Of a stretch of DNA of 64,000 bases, positions 45,393 to 58,443 are shown one piece after another. Position 1 is the stretch's first letter. Each line of letters begins with the position of its first letter. The notes below the pieces were generated by a model. That model did no database searches. It was not told the DNA's origin and saw only the letters and a list, made by a program, of their open reading frames with translations. Both the position numbers and the translations under genes were made by a program. The stretch covers positions 372,001 to 436,000 of the forward strand of contig CBFFRQ010000054.1 of the NCBI GenBank assembly GCA_965644315.1. The letters are read 5' to 3'. Source of the stretch: Caecitellus pseudoparvulus. Lineage: Eukaryota > Protista > Bigyra: Bicosoecida.

Positions 45393-48300
45393 ATGGCCGC
45401 AGGACCTGCCACGGTGGAGGACAAAGTGAAGGTTGCTGTGAGGGTTCGGCCACTGCTGGGTGCCGAGGCGGGAAGTGACGCAGCATGGCAGGTGAAGGGC
45501 AGCAGCATCGAAGGGGCGGGGCGCGGTGGGCGCTTCGAGTTCGGTGCGTGCCTTGCCGCCGGCTGGGCTGCGCTTCGCCTCATCTGCATGGGCTCGCTGC
45601 GCTGTGTTTGTAGAGCATGTGTTTGACTCTGACCAGGACACTGCCAGTGTCTTTGACGCCATCGGCTCGGAAATCGTCGATGGCACGCTTGCGGGATTTG
45701 ACGGTTAGTGCCGCAACGGACGCTGACACAGGGAGGCCTGCCACACGAAACGGGGCGCGACGCCGCAGGCACAATCTTTGCATATGGCCAGACAGCATCT
45801 GGCAAGACGCACACTATGATGGGTGCGTGACGGCATCGCCTCTGTGTCGCTGCACGCCGAGCACTCACCACCACACACGCGCCCCGCCACGGCAGGTGAC
45901 GAGGGGTGCCCAGGCATCATCCCTCACGCAGTGCGGCGCATCATGCAGGCCATCCAAGCCGACGCGGACCGCATGTTCCTTGTGCGGTGCTCCTTCCTCG
46001 AGCTGTACAACGAGGAGCTGCGGGACTTGGCCCAGGAAGGCACGCCTTCCGTGCGCCTGCGCATCCATCCCAAGGTGAGGCGGCCGCCGGCCCTGCGCTG
46101 CCACCGCGCGCCACGTCCACGCCATCCGCATCGCCGCAGACAGGAGTCTTTGTGGACGGCGCACAGTGGGTGTCAGTGCGCAGTGAGCAGGAGGTGCTGG
46201 CCCTGGTGCAGGCGTGCTCGGCTCGCCGGGCTGTCGCTGCGACAGACATGAACGCGCGATCCAGTCGCAGCCATAGCATCCTGACACTAGAAGTGTCCAG
46301 CTCCCTCCAGCACGACGCAGCAGGCACGGGGGGCACCCTCTTCGCCAAGCTGAACCTGGTGGACTTGGCGGGGTCGGAGTCTGTGCGGGTGACGGGGGCA
46401 GCGGGCGCCCGCCTGAAGGAGGGTGCCGCCATCAACCGCTCCCTGCTCACCCTCAGCCGCATCATCAGCATGGTGTCCACGGGCGCCACGTCAGGCTTCA
46501 TCCCCTTCCGCGAGAGCCGCCTGACGCACCTGCTGGAGCCCTCCCTGCGAGGCCAGTGCCGCACCGCCGTCATCTGCTGCATGTCCCCTGCGCCGGCGTA
46601 CGTGGAGGAGAGTCGCAGCACGCTGCAGTTCGCGACGTCCGCCAAGGCCATCACGACGCGGGCGACGCGCACGGAGGTGGTGGACGACTCCACCCGCATC
46701 GCACGCATGGCCAAGGAGATCGCTGCGCTCAAGTCCCAGCTGGCGGCAGCCACCAGCGACTCCGCCAGCACTGGCACCGGCGGCGGCCACAACGAAGAAC
46801 AGAAGCACCGCCTGGCGACCCTGCTGCAGGAGCTGATTGTGGGGGGCGGCACGCACGCCGCCAGTGCTGGTGGGGCACCTCCCCTGCAGCCCGCCACGGC
46901 CCGTGGTCGCACCGTGCTGGATGTGGCTCGCCTGAACCAGCGAGGGCGGGTGGGTCGCGCACGAGAGACATGGTGCCCCTCCATGGCCTCTGACAGTGCT
47001 GCTGTCGCTGCGCTGGAGGCGTTCCGGGCGCCGGCACGACAGACTGGCGGCAGCCCCGCCCACGCCTCATTCCACAGTGGCAGCTCCCCACTGCACTCGC
47101 CCGGCGTGCGAAGCAGCGTCAGTGCATCACGCCTGAGCAGTGGAGGGTGCAGCACTGCCAGTGGCATGAGCAGCGCCAGCACCGCCTCCGCGGGGACGGT
47201 GGATGAGGACGGCGCACTGCAGATGGAGCTGCACACGGCACGTGCAGAGGCTGCGGCGCTGCGTGCTGAGGCTGCCGCCACAGCTGAGCACCTGGAGCGT
47301 CTGCTGGCGGCAGAGGAGGAGGCGGAAGACACCATCCAAGAGCTGAAGCGCAGCCTGCTGGCGGCGGAGACAGCGGCGGAGGGCGCTGGTGAGCTGCGTG
47401 AGGCGTTGGACGTCGCCCTGGGCCGCGCGGAGGCGGCAGAGGCGGCCAGTGCAGCCCTGCAGCAACAAGTGGCCACTGCTGCAGCGAGCGTGGAGGCGGC
47501 GGAGGAGGAGGCAGATGCCTGGCGCCGCCGGGCAGAGGCCGCTGAGAGCGCTGCAGCTCGGCGTGTGGAGGACAGCGCCGCGACAGCTGCTGCGCACCGC
47601 CGGCGCGTGGCGGAGCTGGAGCAGCAGGTGGCCGCCCTGTCTGATGCGTTGAGCACGTCCCAGGCCAGCCTGTCCACGGCGCAGGCGCGTGTGGCGAAGC
47701 TGGACAAGGTGAAGATGACCCGGGCGCACCTGGACACCATGGCGCGGCTCAAGGCTGACAAGCAGCGGTACAAAGCACTTGCCAAGCAATTGCAGGAGCA
47801 GCTGGAGGACGCCGCCGCAGGAGCCGCAGCGTCCCCTGATGTGGCGGCCTTGCAAGCGCAGACAGCAGCGGCAGAGGAGGCTGGCGCAGCGGCGGCGGCA
47901 GAGGCGGAAGCAGCAGCGGAGGAGGCTGCCGCGGCAGCACGCCGGGCGGATGCCGCCACTGCGGAAGCGGCTGCGGTGCGGGGCGAGATGGAGAGCCAGA
48001 CAGCTGCCCTGGCGGCACTGCAGGTGGAGGTGGCAGCTCTGGTGGCGGCGGCAGGGGGCGCTGCACAGCACGGCCTGGACACGGGGGGACTGCCCCAGGA
48101 TGCCGCCACCAGCGTGGACAGTGCCACACGCGGCGTGCGCGCCGCCTCTGCGCTGTGTGGCGCCCTGCTCAAGCGCCTGCAGGACGCCGCTGCGGAGAAA
48201 GACAGCAACACGGCACGGCTGGTGCGCCTGGCTCAGGCTGGGCGAGCAGCGGATGCAGCGGTGGAGGCGGCTCAGGCGCGTGCGAAGGAGGCGGCTGCCG

Positions 48301-48815
48301 AGGCGGAACAGGCACGGGCCACTGCTGCGGATCTGACGCAGCAGCTCGCGGACATGCAGCAGGTGCAAGCGGATGCAGCCAAGGCTGTGGCCGCGGCGGA
48401 GGCTGCCACGGCTGAAGCTGCCTCTGCTGCTGAAGCAGTGGCTGCGGCAGAGGCTGCCACGGCAGCTGCCGAGGCACGAGCGACTGCGGCAGAGGAGGCG
48501 GCTGCCGCGGCACGTGCTGCGCTGCAGGAGGCCAAGGCTGACGCGCGACGCAGCGGCGAGATCCTGGAACGGGAGAATGTGCAGCTGCTGATTGAGCTGC
48601 GGTCGGTGCGGGCTCAGGCAGCAGCAGCGGCGGCGACAGCCCAGGCGCCGGCACCAGCGCCGTCCGCTCCAGCACCCGCTCCATCTGGCAAGGCTGTCTT
48701 GACGCCGGTGCAGCCCAACACCCCCGTCGCGCCGGTATCCAGCCACAAGGCGCCGCCTCTGCAGGGGGCGGGGGTGGGCGAGGAGGAGGAGGCGGGTGAG
48801 TGCCAGCAGCAGTGA
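45393..48815 (+). CDS. Kinesin-7 (CENP-E-like) motor with Ala/Glu-rich coiled coil; four introns in the motor domain
   Basis: VKVAVRVRPL, TIFAYGQTASGKTHTM, SFLELYNEELRDL, MNARSSRSH, LNLVDLAGSE, FIPFRESRLT; post-motor RARETWCP resembles the kinesin-7 RRxTW motif. Confidence 0.85.
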
Positions 48816-48888
48816 TGGTGCTGGCAGTCACGTGACGTGTGTTGCAATGCAGAGCGCCGCTGTCGCGTGGGCAGGTGCATTGGGTCGG

Positions 48889-51237
48889 TCATTCGGAGCT
48901 TGGGGCCAGGGTGAGGTCAAAGGACTGCGCCTCGCCCGCCGCCAAGTCCACGGCAGTGGCCATGTGGCGCGCAGCGAGGGGGTTGGGGCCGGCGCTGGCA
49001 AGCACGCCCAGGTCCAGCGCCGCGACACAGGGTGTGGCCACGAGGCGCCCCGCGCTGAACTGCAGCAGCAGGTGCGGCAGGGCGCGGGCGTCCCACGTCA
49101 CGGCCACCCCCGCCCCGCCGTGCAGGGCAGAGGTGAGGGTGAAGGCGCCCTCCTCCACGCCACACACCTGCACGGTGCCAGCCAGGGGCTTGGCGCTGCC
49201 TTGGGGCAGGGCAGGGAGGGAGGTGAGGTCCAGAGGTGCGCGGCCCGCCCCCCGACCAGCGCCTGCCCCCGCCACTGCCACCGGCACAGAGGCCAAGGAG
49301 GTAAAGTTCTGCGCGGGGGCCAGGGCGGTGGTGGCCTGGCCGTCGGCGACAGCGGCGTAGGGTGCCGTCGTGCCGTACTCGAAGGCGCCGATGGAGAGGT
49401 GCGCGGCGTCTGCGTCACCCTGAGGCAGGCGCAGGGCCACAGGCAGGCCCAGCGGCAGCCGCACGTCCTCACGTGGCGTGACGGTGGTGGTGATAGTCAC
49501 CCCACTGCCCCCCGTCCGAGCTGCGATGACGCGGCGAAGGGAGGCTAGTGGGTGCCCGGCAGGCAGGCTGCAGGACAGCACCAGCCTGGCATTGGCGGCA
49601 TCCACCAGGTCAGGCACAGACGCCAGGCTGCCGCTCTGCACCTCCGACCCCGCCTCCTCCACAGCCCAGGCCAGGTGTGCGGCCGCGCCGTCCATGACAG
49701 CACCCAGGTCTGTCACGGCAGCTGCCCGCACCGCTGCGCCATGAGCGCCCTCGGCAGGTGCAGGCGTGCTCGCGGCGGCAGCGGCACCCCACTCCCCAGA
49801 CACCTTTGTCAGAGTGCGCGTGCCGCCCAGAGGCACGGCGGCACCTGCGCCGTGCACAAGGTCCAGGGGGGTGCCGTGCCCGGTGAAGTGTGGCACCACG
49901 ACGCCCCCCACAGCATGCACCGTCACGTGCCCCCCAGAGCACGGCAGTGTCCACACGTCCCCCTCCAGGGCGGCGTCAGACACCGCCCCCAGCAACGGCT
50001 CCTGGCCAGGGGACGCCGCCCCCGCTGCTGCAGCCGCCGCAGCCACGTCTGCGGCAGCGGTGGGGTCTGCCAGCGCCCCCGCGAGTCCAGTGGCGCGCGG
50101 CAGCAGGCGTGCCCAGCCCCCTGCGTCCCCCACCACCGCCACATCGCCGCGGGTGTCGTAGGAGAGACACGAGACAGAGGGCGTGGCCCCCGCCCCCGCC
50201 GTCGGCGCTGCCACTCGCAGCAGGGGCAGGCACAGGGCGCCGGCGTCATCCCGCGACACGCTGCGCAGCGCCACGGCGCCGTCGGTCCACCCCGTCATGA
50301 GGATGCCGTGTGCCGCTGCAAAGGTGCACGCGGTGATGCGGGCACTGGACCGCCCCTGCCCCGCCAGCTCCTCTGCCAGGTCCAGCACCTGTGTCTTGCC
50401 GCTGGCGATGTCCCACACCTGCAGCGCCTGGCCGCCCGTGGCCACCCCCAGCAGGGCCTTGAAGCCGTCCAGAGGCGCCAGGGACGCCAGGCCTGTCGCG
50501 CCTGCCTCCACCAGGGACGCCGACAGGCCCTTGGCGCCCAGCCACGTGCCGTCCTTCAACGCGTACAGGTGCACGGCGCCACAGGCGTGCCCCACGGCCA
50601 GCACGGGCTTGGCGGCGCTGCCAAAGGTGGCCAGGGACACGACACGCGCGTCGGCGTCGGCTGACAAGGCGGCTGAGGCGGGGGGGGCGTACGCAGTCAC
50701 AGGGCGCTCTCGCCCCATGAGCGTGTACAGAGCGGCGGTGCCGTCGGCATGCCCGACGAGGAAATGGTCATGCCCCCACACGCCCACAGACGTGACGATG
50801 CCCGTGCCACCCCCCACGGAGGCCGACGCAGGCGCCGTGCCAGGCGTGGCCCCGGCACTCGCAGCCTGCGCAGCGGTGGCGATGGTTTTGACCAGAGACA
50901 GGTGCTCAGTGTCCAGAATCTGCGTCGTGCCGGCGGTGGTGCCGACGACCAGCACGTTGCCCAGCATGGTGGCAGCTGCCGTGGCTGAGCAGGTGATGCG
51001 CTCCGCGTCAAACACCGTGCGCACACGGCGGTCACCTGCGGGGTGCGGCCAGCGCGGCGTGGTTGGCTAGCGCACTGGTGCAGGTCAATTCCCGCACGCC
51101 ACGCCAGCGCACTCACTGGTGCGCGGGTTGTAGCTCGTCACGTGCGACTCCGACACCACCAGTAGGGAGGGGCTCTTGCCCTTGATCCTGTCAAGGTACG
51201 CCCCCAGCACTTTGCCCTCTCCTGCCTCGCCAAACAT
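48889..51237 (-). CDS. WD40 beta-propeller fused to a galactose-mutarotase/aldose-epimerase-like beta-sandwich; one intron near the 5' end
   Basis: First exon MFGEAGEGKVLGAYLDRIKG...; WD-like strands LVGHADGTAALY, LAVGHACGAVHLY, LQVWD, MTGWTDGAV; C-terminal half with GHPLASLRRVI, RLPLGLPVALRLP, VTWDARALPHLLL. The C-terminal fold assignment is inference. Confidence 0.6.
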
Positions 51238-51768
51238 GGCGGCGGAGGAGGCGGCCTGCGCAGGGGTGGGAGGAGGCAAGGAGCTACTGAGCCAGGTGCC
51301 CCGCCAGTGCAGCCGCTCGCATGCCGCACCTTGCTGCTTGAGGAGCCCATGATGAGTCGGGTGTGGACAGGGACGGCAGGGCCACTTCCGGCTGCAGTGC
51401 AGTGCAGGTGAAGAAGGCCGCCGCAAGCAAGTCACGCAAACGAGCTTCTGCGGCGAGAAAGGGAGAGAATGCCACTGCGGGGCCGCGCCCTGGGGCATGT
51501 GTTGAAGGGGTTGCCTGTGGAGTGCACGGAAAATGAGCCACGCCTGGTTTTGCGTTTCGGGAGCACAACAGCAGCCCCAAACTGTGTGCACGGTCCGAGC
51601 GACTTCAGGTCTCACTGCGCTATCTCGCCCACTTCGCATGGGGGAGGAAACTCGACAATTTAATCAATTTCAATGTTCCACACTGGTCCTGTCCCCAACG
51701 GCCAAAACCCTCCAATTGCACCTTGCGTGGCCTGGCCGCTGCTCGTATGCGGAAATCGAATGCAAGTC

Positions 51769-53219
51769 ATGGCCGGCAAAGCCTTGAAGGTGCGTGCAAG
51801 GGCGTGCGTGCTTGACGTCTTGGGCCTTTCCACGCACACTTTTCCATGTTCCATCCTTCCAGGCTGTTCGGGGCATGCAGGACCTGCATGGGGTTGCTGC
51901 AGGGCGTTTCGACGCTGCGCTGGCTGCGATGACGGGCGTACTGCGCAGCTGTGGCTTTGCGCGCGTGCACACGCCCATCGTGGAGCACCGCGCGACCTTC
52001 ACTCGCAGCCTGGGGGCTGAGACTGACATCATCTCCAAGGTGGGCCCTGCCCCTGCCGCGCCGCGCACGCTGCAGCGCAGCACTCGCCCGCCCTGCCTGC
52101 ACAGGAGATGTACAGCGTGGGCGGCAGTTCAGAGGAGTTGGTGCTGCGGCCTGAGGGCACGGCTGCGGTCCTGCGCGCGCATTTGGGAGGGGGCGGGCAC
52201 CGTGGTGGCGTGGCGCGATCGTATTACGCAGGGCCCATGTTCCGCCACGAGCGCCCCCAAGCAGGGCGTCTCCGGCAATTCACACAAGTGGGCGCAGAGG
52301 TGCTGGGCGCAGCGGGGCCGGGGGTGGACGCAGAGGTCATTGGCACAGCGTGGAGGAGCGTGCGGTGCGCCCTGGACACTCTGGCGGGGGCGCCGCACCG
52401 CCAGTGGAGGTTCTGGTGAACTCCCTCGGAACAGCGCAGGAGCGGCAGTCGTACACGGCAGACTTGGCGGTGTACTTGGCGGCGCACGCAGAGGCGCTGT
52501 CCCCTGGCTCCCGTGCCAAGCTGCAGTCTGGGCACGTGCTGGGCGTGCTGGACAGTAAGGCGCCCCAAGACGCCTCAGTGCTGGAGCACGCACCCATGCT
52601 GCCGCAGCACTGGGGCGCGGACACTTCTGCCGAGTGGGAGCAGTTGACAGGCACACTGCAGCGGTGGGGAGTGCCCTTCCGCCACACGCCTGGCCTGGTG
52701 CGGGGCCTGGACTACTACAACGGCACGGCCTTCGAGGTGGTGGTGGCGGGTGGCAGTGGCCGCGCACTCACCCTCGCTGGTGGGGGGCGCTACGACGCCC
52801 TGGCCACGGCGCTGGGGGCGCGGGCGCCCCTGCCAGCTGTCGGGTGGGCGGCGGGGCTGGAGCGCCTGCTGGCGCTGACTGGCGGCGCAGAGAACGACGC
52901 CCCCCCCCCCTCCACACCCCTCATCACCGTCACCCCCCTGGAAGCGGCACCTGACGTGCTGGCCCTGGCACAGGACGCTGCCTTTGCCCTGCAGGGCGTC
53001 GCTGCCCAGCACGGGTGGCGCGTTGTGGCCCCAGTCACCGCCCGCAAGGCGCCCAAGGCCATCGCTGCCGCCGCCTCCGCTGGCGCCTCCGTGGCTGTGT
53101 TGGTGGGGCAGGCTGAGGCGGCAGTGGGGAGTGTCGCCTTGCGGCACTTGCATTCCAGACAGCAGGTGACAGTGCCAGTGCACGAAGCAGAGGAGTCGCT
53201 GCAGCGCCTGCTGCGGTAG
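51769..53219 (+). CDS. hisS: Bacterial-type (organellar) histidyl-tRNA synthetase; two introns, apparent frameshift at ~52395; start uncertain
   Basis: VRGMQDL, TPIVE, DIISKEMY, LVLRPEGTA, GPMFRHERPQAGRLRQFTQVGAE, LVRGLDYYNGTAFE, GGGRYD, GWAAGLERL. Confidence 0.9.
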
Positions 53220-53239
53220 TGGGCCGGCAGCACCTCCCG

Positions 53240-54714
53240 TCAGCTGTCTGCAGCGGGCGGCGTCGCTGGTGGCGCGGGGGGGGGCGGCGCCCACAGCGCC
53301 ACGGAGCTGTCTGCAGACGCGATGAGGGCGCAGGAGGGGTGCATGGCCACCGCTGTGACGGGGCCGCTGTGCTTGGCCAGCTCGCTGATGGTGAGCTTGG
53401 GGTCCACGCTGACGCCTGCGGGGGGAGAGATGGCCGACGCCTCCGCCCCCAGCGGGTACGCCGTGGGGGTCCACTTCTTGAGCTCTTGCCTGTACTCCAC
53501 GTTGGCGAAGGTTTGGGCGGCCAACTCGTCGGCAGTCGGCGCCTGGGGCATCTCGTGCATGTCGTACGCCCACACCCGCCCCTGCTCATTCCCCGTGACC
53601 AGGAAGCGGCTGTCGGGCGTCATGACGCAGCCGCTGCCCGCCAGGCCGTGCGTGGAGGCGACGGTGACCTCAGGCAGGGCGTCCTTCGGGTCCTCGCACG
53701 GCGACGCGTCCAGAACAATGCAGCCGTGTTGCTCACAGGCGGCGACGAGGAAGCGGTTGTCGGCAGAGAAGGCCAGCCCCTGGAAGTGCAGGGGGCGGTG
53801 GGGGGAGGAGGCCACGCGGCTGCCGCCCTCCCGTGTGGCGATGCGGCGCGAGGCGAAGGGCGCGTGGGCGTTGCGTGCGTCGAACAAGGACACGGTGTGG
53901 TCGGGGCTGGCCACGGCGAACACTTGCCCGGAGGGGTCCACCCCCACGCTGCCACGCCCCAGCACGCCACTGGTGACCTTCTTGCCGCGCGCCGCCTCCA
54001 CGTACTTGTTCAGGCTGCCATCGGGCAGGGTGGGGGAGGGGTACGCCAGCATGCCGGTGTGGGCGCAGTTGGGGCTGCGCACGTCCCACAGGCGGAAGGT
54101 GCCGTCCAGGCTGGAGGTGAGAAAGGTGTCGCTGCCAGGTCGCATGGCGATGTCCGTCACCGTCGCGACGTGCCCCTTGAAGATGCGCACGACCTTGTTC
54201 TCGTACAGGCTGTGGTACATGAGCATGCCTGCCCAGCAGCGGTGCGAGGAGGGCGTGTGAAGCACAGCAGGTGCTTGGAGCAGCCAGTGCTTTGCACGCA
54301 CCTTGCGCACGAGCGCTGTTGGTGCCGTCGTACCGCCCCGCAAAGAGGACGAACTGGGAGTGGTGTGTGAACGTCACTGCCTGGCAGCCTGATGCCTTGA
54401 AACTGTACACTGCTTCCGGCTTGCCTGTGCGTGGGCGTGGGATGAGTGCTTGGCCTGGCCGAATTTCCGCACGCTGCCCCGCCTTCCCGCGCACCGTCAG
54501 AGCTGCGAATGACCTGCACGGTGCGATCGTTGAAAGAGCCGGCCAAGTACATGCCATCATCGCTGAAGCTGAGCTTGTTGCAGCGCCGGTCCTGCGCCTG
54601 CTCCGCCTTCAGCTTGCCATTGCCGGCGTTGTGCAGGACAGCCGACGGCAGGAAGCTGCCTAGCAGCGCAGGGGTCAGGGTGACCGGCCCGCTGGACGCC
54701 GCCATGCCTGCCAT
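53240..54714 (-). CDS. WDR82: WD repeat protein 82 (Swd2; COMPASS/PTW-PP1 subunit); two introns
   Basis: LSFSDDGMYL, GCQAVTFTHH, YHSLYENKVVRIFKGH, PGSDTFLTSSLDGTFRLWDVRSPNC, DPSGQVFAVA, TPDSRFLVTG. Confidence 0.85.
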
Positions 54715-54801
54715 GGAGCGTGAAGTGTGCGGCACGGGGCGGAGTGGCGCCGGCGGCAGGCTCGCTTGGGCAGTGCATTTTGAAGGGGCCGTGGCAGTGT
54801 C

Positions 54802-56992
54802 TCATTTCTTGCTCGCGGCAGCAGCGGCAGCCGCGTCTAGGACAGAGTTCACCTTTGCGATGAGGGTGGCGACGACGTCGCTGTCTGCCAGCGTCGTGAT
54901 GTCGCCCAGCTGGTCCGCCTCGCGGGAGGCGATCTTGCGCAGCACCCGGCGCATGATCTTACCCGAGCGAGTCTTGGGCAGGGCCTGCGTCAGGACGATG
55001 TGGTCTGGCGTGGCGAAGGGGCCGATGCCCTTGCGCACCTGCAGGCGCAGCTCGGACAGCAGGCCTGGCGTCTCCTGCACGCCCTCCACCGGCGTCACGT
55101 AGCAGCAAATGCCCTCGCCCTTGGTGCTGTGCGGGAAGCCAATCACCGCCGCCTCAGCCACGCTGTCGTGCTCCACCAGCACAGACTCGATTTCAGCGCT
55201 GCCCAGGCGGTGCCCTGACACGTTCAGCACGTCGTCCACCCGCCCCGTGATCCACAGGTACCCGTCCTTGTCCCTGTACCCGCCGTCCCCCGTGAAGTAG
55301 TACCCCGGGAACGGCTTCATGTACGTGTTCAAGTACCGCTGGTGGTCGCCGTACACGGTACGCGCCATGCCTGGCCAGATGCCTTTGACACACACCATGC
55401 CAGCCACGCTGTTACCCTGCAACTCCGCGCCCTCCTTGCTCAGCAGTGCGATGTCGATGCCAAAGAAGGGCAGCGTGGCGCTGCCGGCCTTGGTGGGGGT
55501 GGCACCGGGCAGAGGCGTCACGATGATGCCGCCCGTCTCTGTCTGCCAGTACGTGTCCACGATGGCGCACTTGCCGCCACCGACGTGGCTGTGGTACCAC
55601 CTCCACGCCTCTGGGTTGATGGGCTCCCCCACGCTGCCCAGCACACGGAGAGAGGAGAGGTCTTTGCCCTCCAGGGGCTGCGTGCCGAAACGCATGAGGG
55701 CGCGGATGGCGGTGGGCGCCGTGTAGAACTGCGTCACCTTGTACTGCTGCACGAGGTCCCAGTACCGGCTGGGGCTGGGGTACGTCGGCGTGCTCTCGAA
55801 CATGAGCGTGGTGGCGCCGTTGGCCAGGGGGCCATACACGATGTAGGAGTGCCCAGTAATCCAGCCACAGTCCGCCACGCACGCATACACGTCTCCTGGG
55901 CGCACGTCGAAGACGTACTTGTGCGTGAGCATGGCGTACAGGATGTACCCCGCCTGGGTGTGGGCGACGCCCTTGGGCTTGCCAGTGGAGCCTGACGTGT
56001 ACAGCAGGAACAGGGGGTCCTCCGCATCCATGGTGACGGGGGCGCAGTACGGCCGCGCCTTGGGCAGCTCCTCGCTCATCTTCACGTCCTTGGCGCCGTA
56101 GGACACCAGGTGGCTGCCCGTGTGCTGGTACACAAACACCTGCTCAATGCAGGCACACGCCGCCACCGCCGCGTCTACAAGTCGCCTTCAGGGGGATCGT
56201 GCGCCCTCCCCGCTTGCCCTCGTCTGCCGTCATGAGCCAGCGACACTTGGCGTCCAGGATGCGGTCCCGCAAGCTGTCGGCGCTGAAACCAGCGAACACG
56301 ACCGAGTGCACTGCGCCGATGCGCGCACAGGCCAGCATGGCAAAGGCGAGGTCGGGGATCATGGGCATGTAGATGGCCACCGTGTCGCCCTTGCGCACGC
56401 CGTGCGCCAGCAGCGTGTTGGCCACCTTGCACGTCTCGGCCAGCACTTGCTTGTACGTGAAGGTGCGGCTGGTGCCGGGCTCATCCCCCTCGTGGATGAT
56501 GGCCACCTGGTCCCCCCGGTCGGCCAAGTGCCGGTCGATGCACTGGTGCGACACGTTCAACTGCCCACCTGCAGGAGGATGGCGAGCGTGGCATGCGCCT
56601 GGGTGCAGCACTGGGGCGCGGCGCTGGCCGCCCACCTTCGAACCAGCGCACGTCGCCCTCCATGAAGCTGCCGCCGCACGTGTCGGTGAAGTCACGGAAC
56701 CAGAACAGGTTCTCGCGCGCCATGCGGGCCCAAAAGCCGGAGGGATCCGTCACGCTCTCGGCCCACAATGCCTTGTACTCCTCCATGCTCTGGGCGGTGG
56801 GCGAAGGTGTGTGAGACGGCTGCAGCGGCGTGGTGGCAGGCGGCGGCAGCACCTCACTTGAATGTGCGCACCCTCCTGCGCGTGGGGAGGAACGGCATAC
56901 TTCACTGCACCATCACGCTCGTCAATGTCTCCGTCGTCCACCCGGGCCTTCTTGGCGGGGCTCTCCGCAGTGTCAGTCGCAATCGCTGCCAT
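54802..56992 (-). CDS. ACS: Acetyl-CoA synthetase (AMP-forming); two introns, apparent frameshift at ~56180
   Basis: [96 protein letters not shown]. Confidence 0.95.
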
Positions 56993-57400
56993 GCTTGCTG
57001 TCCAGCGTCCAGGTGCACTGCACCTCTGCCGGCTGCTGGCCTTTCACTGGGCAGGTGGGAAAGGGAGGTGGGCTAAGTTGCGCTGCGGTGAATTGAATCC
57101 AGGAACTGGCCTGCTTGGAACGGCTTCTGTCTCCCTGCCCACGCCTCCTCCCGCTCCGGGGGCGCCAGCCACCCCTGCAAAGGCCAGCCAGCCCGGCTGC
57201 GTTGCGGCGGGGTGGACGGCGAGGAGTTGCAGGAGCACAGAATGTGAACCTTGCCAAAGCCAAAACACCTCACAGCCACTAATGCAGCGCGCACGCAATA
57301 GGTGCAGATAGAGTCCCTTATTTTTAGGCTTCCACAGCCGCCAACGCCGCGTCGCCGTGCCGTTGCAAGGCGAGGAGCATCGCTCCTCAGCACCAACAGC

Positions 57401-58324
57401 ATGCGGATTTTGAGCATTTTGCTGGGTGCCGCAGTGGTCGCCCTGCTCGCGAGCCCCACCCGTGTTAGCACGGGATGACCAAACCGACCATGTACATGCT
57501 GCATGTCTGCGTGCCTGTGTCCCCCCCACAGTGGCCGAGTCTCGCAAGTACCACTGCAAGAAGTTCGTGAAGGTGGGGCAGAAGTCTGCGCAGTGAAACG
57601 CGCCATGCAGCGATGTCAAGCAGCGAGCATTGCCCCACTTCGCAGACTCGGCCAACTCCAAAAGTATGTGATGCACTGGAGCTTTGCGCGCCTACCCTCG
57701 CACACTGCCCGACGCGGCGCCGCCCGGCACAGGTGTTTCTGCATTTGTGACTTGGCCATGCGCAGTAGAGCCTCCTCCACTGCCTGCGCCAATGCTTGTG
57801 GAACCGTGCGTGCAGCAATGCCGCCTGTGAAGACTACAAGTCCACCAGTGCGTACGCTGCATTGGAGGAGACGACCTGCAAGCAGTACGAGTACGTGGAA
57901 GCTGGCGCCGAGGCCAACCATGAAGAACGTCTGCCGTGCTGGCTTCAAGATGGGCGGCTCCCTCGGGTGTGAGACTGGTGCGCGGGCACTGGCAGACGCC
58001 ATGGAACGGGGAGGAGTGACGCCGCAGCCTACGGCAGCCGCGTTCGAGGAGGAGGTGGGCAGTGATGCCAGCGCTGACGCTGAGCCGCTGGAGGACGAAG
58101 AGGCCGCCTCGCAGCAAAGGGCGTCGATGAGGGAGTCAAGATTCAAGAGGAGGCTCCTGGAGTGGCTCTGCAGAGGAAGAACACCCAGTGAACACAGAGG
58201 GAGGGCTGTCATTCGCAGTGGGAATCAGCGTGGCCATAGCGGCCCGATTTGCGGCAAATCTCTCATCAATATTGCTTCTGACAATTGGATTGGCGTTTTC
58301 GTTTCGTTTTCAGCGACTGCATAG
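57401..58324 (+). CDS. Putative secreted Cys-rich protein with two C..F/Y.K..P.P....C motifs; introns and indels, 3' end uncertain
   Basis: Signal-like MRILSILLGAAVVALLASP at 57401. Spliced or frame-corrected pieces VAESRKYHCKKFVK-TRPTPK, ICDLAM..ACANAC, TCKQY..KLAPRPTMKNVCRAGFKMGGSLGC, then an acidic tail. Confidence 0.4.
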
Positions 58325-58443
58325 CCTACCGGCGAGCAAGTTCACCCTCGAGCGTGGCCGCAGGGAGGTGTACTGCGCACTCTTCAGCTATTTGTTTGTC
58401 TTTGCGGCCCAGGCGGTGTCGCCCTTGAGAGTGCCGTGCATAG

